Below, one piece after another: positions 59,732-64,000 of a stretch of 64,000 nt of DNA. This stretch comes from an uncultured Gemmatimonadaceae bacterium (GTDB taxonomy: Bacteria; Gemmatimonadota; Gemmatimonadetes; Gemmatimonadales; Gemmatimonadaceae), in contig CAVUDW010000003.1 in the NCBI GenBank assembly GCA_963740355.1, forward strand, positions 896,001-960,000. Direction: 5' to 3'. The notes beneath the pieces were generated by a model. It made no database searches and was not told the origin of the DNA. It saw only the letters and a list, made by a program, of their open reading frames with translations. The stretch's first letter is position 1. Every line of letters starts with the position of its first letter. The translations under genes and the position numbers were made by a program.

Positions 59732-60121
59732 GAGCGGGAGACCACGGAGCTCACGGAGTAGCGCCATTCGCGAGCTTTCGCTTTCCGCCACCTCACTTAA
59801 CCGCAATGTGAGCGGGAGGCCACGGAGCTCACGGAGTAGCGCCATACTCGGAGGGTCGCGTTGCGCAACGGAAGAGACGGAAGGGAACTGCAGTTACCTC
59901 CATGTCACCATCGGCGCGCGAAACACGGTTGGCTGCCTGCCGAGCTACTCCGTGAGCTCTGTGGCCTCCCCCCCATTGCTGTTAAAGGAGGGGGCGCAAA
60001 ATGAAGGCTCGCCGATGGAGCTACTCCGTGAGCTCCGTGGCCTCCCCCCCATTGCTGTTCTCAAAGGCTGCGAAGAGCGGAAGCTGGCCGATGGAGCTAC
60101 TCCGTGAGCTCCGTGGCCTCC
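59732..60121. repeat. Family-B cluster: two forward and three reverse copies of GGAGRCCACGGAGCTCACGGAGTAGC
   Basis: Forward at about 59732 and 59810; reverse at about 59942, 60015 and 60091; degenerate copy near 59866. Confidence 0.9.
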
Positions 60122-60169
60122 GCTCCATTTGCAGTTTACGATCGCACGAACGGCACCAGCGCCAACGGG

Positions 60170-61765
60170 CTAGTGCATGTCTGCCGGCGACATGGCCGTG
60201 CGATTGCGACCAGTGTGCCAGAGCAGGAGCAGCGGCAGGCCAAGCACCATCACGCTGGCGCTGATGAGGTAGATCTTGGAGAAGGAGATCACACTCGCCT
60301 GCGCCAGCACTTGCCGCTCCAGCACGCGGTAGGCCTGGGCCGCAGCGGTCGTCGCGTCGGAACCGCGCGATACGAAGGCACGCGACAGCAGCGCGATCCG
60401 CGAGACGACTTCTGGATCACCCGTGTTCATGTGCGTGATCAGGCTCGTGCGCGCGCTCGACGTGAACCGCGACAAGAGTGTGGCCATGATCGCAATACCG
60501 AGCGATCCCCCGAGCTGGCGCGTGAGGTTGAAGAGCGCCGTGCCCTGCGGCACACTCGCCGGCGAGAGCTCGGCCATGCTGGCATTGGTCAGGGGCACGA
60601 AGATCAGGCCCATGCCGACACCGCGCAGCATCAGCGGCCAGAACACGTCGTCCGCGCCCGCATCCAGCGAGAGACGCGACAGCCACCACATGCACAGCCC
60701 GAACATCGCCACGCCGGCCACGATGGTATACCGCGCGTCGAGCTTGTTCGCGTTGCGCCCGATGATCGCCATCGTGAACGCGCTCGCGATCGCACCGGGG
60801 AAGATCACCTTGCCCGTCTGCCAGGCCGTGAAGCCATGCAGCTGCTGCAGGAAGACCGGCAGGACGAAGATCGAGCCGTACATCGCGAGGCCCAATGCGG
60901 CCGCGAAAATCACGCCGACCGACAACTGTCGGCTCTTCAACACCCGCAGGTTGACGATCGGCTGCTCGAAGGTCAGCTCGCGCCAGATGAACCCGATCAT
61001 CGACAATGCACTGACCACGGCCAGCGTCGTCACCAGCCCGCTCTCGAACCAGTCGTTGCGTTCTCCCCGTTCGAGCATGAACTGCAGCGTCCCGATGCTC
61101 GTCGCCAGCAACACGATCCCGAGGATGTCGATCTTGGTGGCGCGCACCGCGTTCTTCGAGTCGCGCACGTAGTTCCACACCATCAGCGCGGCCATCAGGC
61201 CAAGCGGCACGTTGATGTAGAAGATCCACGGCCAGTCGTAATTGTCGACGATGTAGCCGCCGAGTGTCGGGCCAAGGGTGGGCCCCACCATCACGCCCAT
61301 GCCGAAGATCGCCTGCCCCTTGCCGACTTCCTTCGGCGGGAAGGCCTCGAACAGCGTCGCCTGCGCGGTACTCAGCAGCGCGCCGCCACCCAGCCCCTGA
61401 ATCACGCGCCAGAACACGAGGGACCAGAGACCAGTGGCCGCGCCGCAGAAGAAACTCGCGGCCACGAACAGCAGGATGCTCCCCGTCAGGTAGCGACGGC
61501 GGCCGAACCAGTTCGAGAGCCAGCTCGACATCGGGATCACGATCACGTTCGCGATGATGTAGCCCGTGCTCACCCACGCGATCTCGTCCAGCGTCGCGCC
61601 AAGGTTGCCCATCATGTGCGGCACGGCGACGTTCACGATCGACGTGTCCACCAGCTCGAGGACCGCCGCCAGCGTCACCGCGGCGGCAATCCAGTATCGA
61701 TTTGCGTACGGATCCTCGACGGTCGCGCCAGCGGCGGCCGTGCGGGGCATTACTGCGGTTGCCAT
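60170..61765 (-). CDS. emrB: DHA2 family MFS efflux permease (EmrB/QacA)
   Basis: DTSIVNVA, FGRRR, GPTLGG, WPWIFYINVP, RQLGGSLG. Confidence 0.93.
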   Translation of the reverse strand: MATAVMPRTAAAGATVEDPYANRYWIAAAVTLAAVLELVDTSIVNVAVPHMMGNLGATLDEIAWVSTGYIIANVIVIPMSSWLSNWFGRRRYLTGSILLFVAASFFCGAATGLWSLVFWRVIQGLGGGALLSTAQATLFEAFPPKEVGKGQAIFGMGVMVGPTLGPTLGGYIVDNYDWPWIFYINVPLGLMAALMVWNYVRDSKNAVRATKIDILGIVLLATSIGTLQFMLERGERNDWFESGLVTTLAVVSALSMIGFIWRELTFEQPIVNLRVLKSRQLSVGVIFAAALGLAMYGSIFVLPVFLQQLHGFTAWQTGKVIFPGAIASAFTMAIIGRNANKLDARYTIVAGVAMFGLCMWWLSRLSLDAGADDVFWPLMLRGVGMGLIFVPLTNASMAELSPASVPQGTALFNLTRQLGGSLGIAIMATLLSRFTSSARTSLITHMNTGDPEVVSRIALLSRAFVSRGSDATTAAAQAYRVLERQVLAQASVISFSKIYLISASVMVLGLPLLLLWHTGRNRTAMSPADMH

Positions 61766-61815
61766 GCGGATTCAGCCTCTGTTCGGTGCAAGCCAGCGTA
61801 TCACTGCGACGTCTG

Positions 61816-62949
61816 CTACTTGGTGCTGACGTGTGCGACCACACTCAGGCCGATGCGCAACGGACGGGCGGCGTCGAGGCCCTTGGTGATGCGAATGCGC
61901 ACGGGAACGCGCTGCACGACCTTGGTGAAGTTGCCACTCGCGTTGTCGGGCGGCAGCAGCGTGAAGCGCGAACCGGTGGCCGCGCTGATGCTCTCCACCA
62001 CCCCTTCGATCTTGGCTCCGTCATAGGCGTCGACTTCGAGCTCCACCGGCTGACCCACGCGCAACTTCTCGAGCTGCGTTTCCTTGAAGTTGGCCGTGAT
62101 GAAAAGGCCGGTGTCGGACGCGATGTTCATCAGCGTCTGGCCCGGCTGCACCAGCTGGCCCACTTCCACCAGCTTCTTGCTGATCGTGCCGGCCGTCGGT
62201 GCCGTGATGCTCGTGAACGACAGCTGCAACGCGGCGTTGTCGCGCGCTGCGGCCGCGGCGCCAAGCCGTGCCTCAGCGAGACGAACACCGGCCTGCATGC
62301 CGGCGACGTTGGCGCCAGCTGCAGATTCCTGGCGCTGCACCGCAACCAGCTGTGCACGTGTCGCCGCCACCTGCGCCTTCGCGCCATCCAGCTGCTGCTG
62401 GCTGACGATGTTCTTCGCGGCGAGATCGGTGTAGCGTGCAAGGTCGGCCTCAGCCTTCACCAGTTGTGCACGGGCCGCATCGATGTTGGCGGCCTGCACG
62501 GCAGTCTGCGCCGACGCGGTGGCAACCATCGCCTGCGCCTGCCCCTGCCCCGTGCCACGACCGCCCGATGCGGCGCGAGCGGCAGCGAGATCCGCCTCGG
62601 CCTGTGCCAGGCGCACCTTGTACTCGCGATCATCGATCGTGACCAACTGCGCATTGAGCGCAATCCGATCGTTCTCACTCACCTTCACCGCCGTCACGAA
62701 CCCGCCGACCTTCGCCAGCACCGGCAGCACGTGGCCATCGATGAGGGCGTTGTCGGTGCTTTCGTGTGCGGCGGAGTATGTGAGCGTCTTGAAGGTCCAG
62801 AAGCCGCCGGCGATCACCAGCGCGCCAAGCACGAATGGCAATGGACTGCGCTTGGCCGGCTTGACAGCCGTGAATGGTGCTGCGGGTGCGGCCATCGGGG
62901 TCTCCTTCACTTCGCTGGGGGCTGTTTCGGGACGCGCTTGGGTAGTCAT
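61816..62949 (-). CDS. emrA: HlyD family membrane fusion protein (EmrA)
   Basis: STDNA, ANFKETQL, ATGSRFTLLPPDNASGNFTKVVQRVPV. Confidence 0.93.
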   Translation of the reverse strand: MTTQARPETAPSEVKETPMAAPAAPFTAVKPAKRSPLPFVLGALVIAGGFWTFKTLTYSAAHESTDNALIDGHVLPVLAKVGGFVTAVKVSENDRIALNAQLVTIDDREYKVRLAQAEADLAAARAASGGRGTGQGQAQAMVATASAQTAVQAANIDAARAQLVKAEADLARYTDLAAKNIVSQQQLDGAKAQVAATRAQLVAVQRQESAAGANVAGMQAGVRLAEARLGAAAAARDNAALQLSFTSITAPTAGTISKKLVEVGQLVQPGQTLMNIASDTGLFITANFKETQLEKLRVGQPVELEVDAYDGAKIEGVVESISAATGSRFTLLPPDNASGNFTKVVQRVPVRIRITKGLDAARPLRIGLSVVAHVSTK

Positions 62950-62965
62950 GACGAAATCCTTCCGC

Positions 62966-64000
62966 TCAGCGGAGCGACGAGATGGCGCCCTGCGAGCGGG
63001 CGATCGATATCCGGGCCAACTGGCGGTTTGCCAGGGCATCAACCAGTTGTGTCCGCGCGCCACTGAGGGCGAGCAGCGCAGACGTCACATCGAGATTGCC
63101 GGCCACGCCGGCGGTGAAACGATCGCGCGACTGCGCGACTTCCTGCTCGGCCAGCTTGAGGCGCTCCTGCGCTGCGGCCACCGCCTCGCGAGTCGACGCA
63201 GCATCCAGCAGCGCGCTTCGCACATCCACACTCACCTGAGCCATCAAGTCGTTGCGCCGCGCCTCGAGTTCCTGCTCGACATAGGTCTGCTCATTCTGCT
63301 TGGCCTGGCGCCGCCATCCTTCGAACACCGGCACCTGCACTCGAAGTGCCCACGTGTAGGTGTTGAGCATGCGACTCAGATCCTTTCCGATGAAGCCATT
63401 GTCCGCCACCGCTGCCACCGTTGGCAGTCGCTCGGCACGGATCGCGCTCTGGGCAAGGTGGGCCGACTCGAGCTGCGAGTTGATCACCACGATCTCCGGA
63501 CGGAGGCGTGCAGCCGTCGCAAGGGCGTCCGTCTCGGCGGGCACTTCGAGGTCGCCGCTGTCCAGCGCGTCGGTCAGCTGCAGCGGCTGATCGAGCGGGA
63601 TGTTGATCGCGCGACGCAGGTCGAGTCGCGCCTTGTCGCGCTCGACGCGCGCACCGATCAGCTGCGAGCGGATCGACACCAACTGCGACTCGGCACGCGT
63701 CACATCGAGCGCAACGCCGGTGCCGGCGCGCAATGTCTCGCGGGCAATCCGCAGCAGGTCCGCGGCGAGCGTCGAATCAGCTGAACGCGCCTCGAAGACA
63801 GCCTCCGCACGCAAGACGCGAACGTACGCAATGGCAGCCTGTGTGGCCGCCGCCGCGCCGACCTGCTGCGTCTCGGTGCGGCTCGACACGCCCTGTTTCC
63901 GCGCCAGGCGCAATCGCGCGATGGCAGCCGGATCGTAGATGCTCTGCTGCACCCGCGCGCGGAAATCCGTGGTCGGCACCGGTCCGAGCACTTCACCGCG
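62966..64000 (-). CDS. TolC family outer-membrane efflux protein (5' end outside the window)
   Basis: OEP-like repeats (AYVRVLRA, DVTRAE, RPEI, VPVFEG); upstream of emrAB. Confidence 0.88.
   Translation of the reverse strand, partial: RGEVLGPVPTTDFRARVQQSIYDPAAIARLRLARKQGVSSRTETQQVGAAAATQAAIAYVRVLRAEAVFEARSADSTLAADLLRIARETLRAGTGVALDVTRAESQLVSIRSQLIGARVERDKARLDLRRAINIPLDQPLQLTDALDSGDLEVPAETDALATAARLRPEIVVINSQLESAHLAQSAIRAERLPTVAAVADNGFIGKDLSRMLNTYTWALRVQVPVFEGWRRQAKQNEQTYVEQELEARRNDLMAQVSVDVRSALLDAASTREAVAAAQERLKLAEQEVAQSRDRFTAGVAGNLDVTSALLALSGARTQLVDALANRQLARISIARSQGAISSLR

Noticed and set aside
59732..60121. CRISPR array with ~76-bp period
   Set aside because: Units are in opposite orientations and the sequence between them is partly repeated rather than unique.

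Overview
High-GC bacterial chromosomal window; gene content and protein styles suggest Gemmatimonadota (inference, not verified). 1-13.4 kb is a general-stress/osmoprotection cluster: csbD, a PAS histidine kinase and response regulator, two DUF892 ferritin-like genes, a PNPOx-like stress protein, an FAD oxidoreductase, DUF2156, otsB and an otsA fused to a membrane-anchored domain. The rest is mixed housekeeping and accessory DNA: TonB receptor, dsbD, sahR-ahcY, amidohydrolases, a GMC oxidoreductase pair, a CHAT protein, a PEP-CTERM protein, 8 tRNAs with hicAB inserted among them, efp, tesA/ybbAP, tex and a tolC-emrAB pump. Main observation: five intergenic copies, all in the first 8.2 kb, of a structured RNA element I do not recognise. 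Its pattern is (C/A)CUU-KDCG-[variable hairpin]-AGWYG-RAGGC, and its 3' end is also the 5' arm of an intrinsic terminator. Four copies precede stress-cluster genes (one an unannotated 39-aa lipoprotein), and three lie downstream of sigma54-like -24/-12 motifs. This looks like a shared attenuator, riboswitch-like or protein-bound, controlling a stress regulon. Also present: two families of REP-like intergenic repeats, a frameshifted DUF4015 gene, and an EF-P with Asn at the normally modified loop tip. All calls come from reading the sequence; no database search was run.
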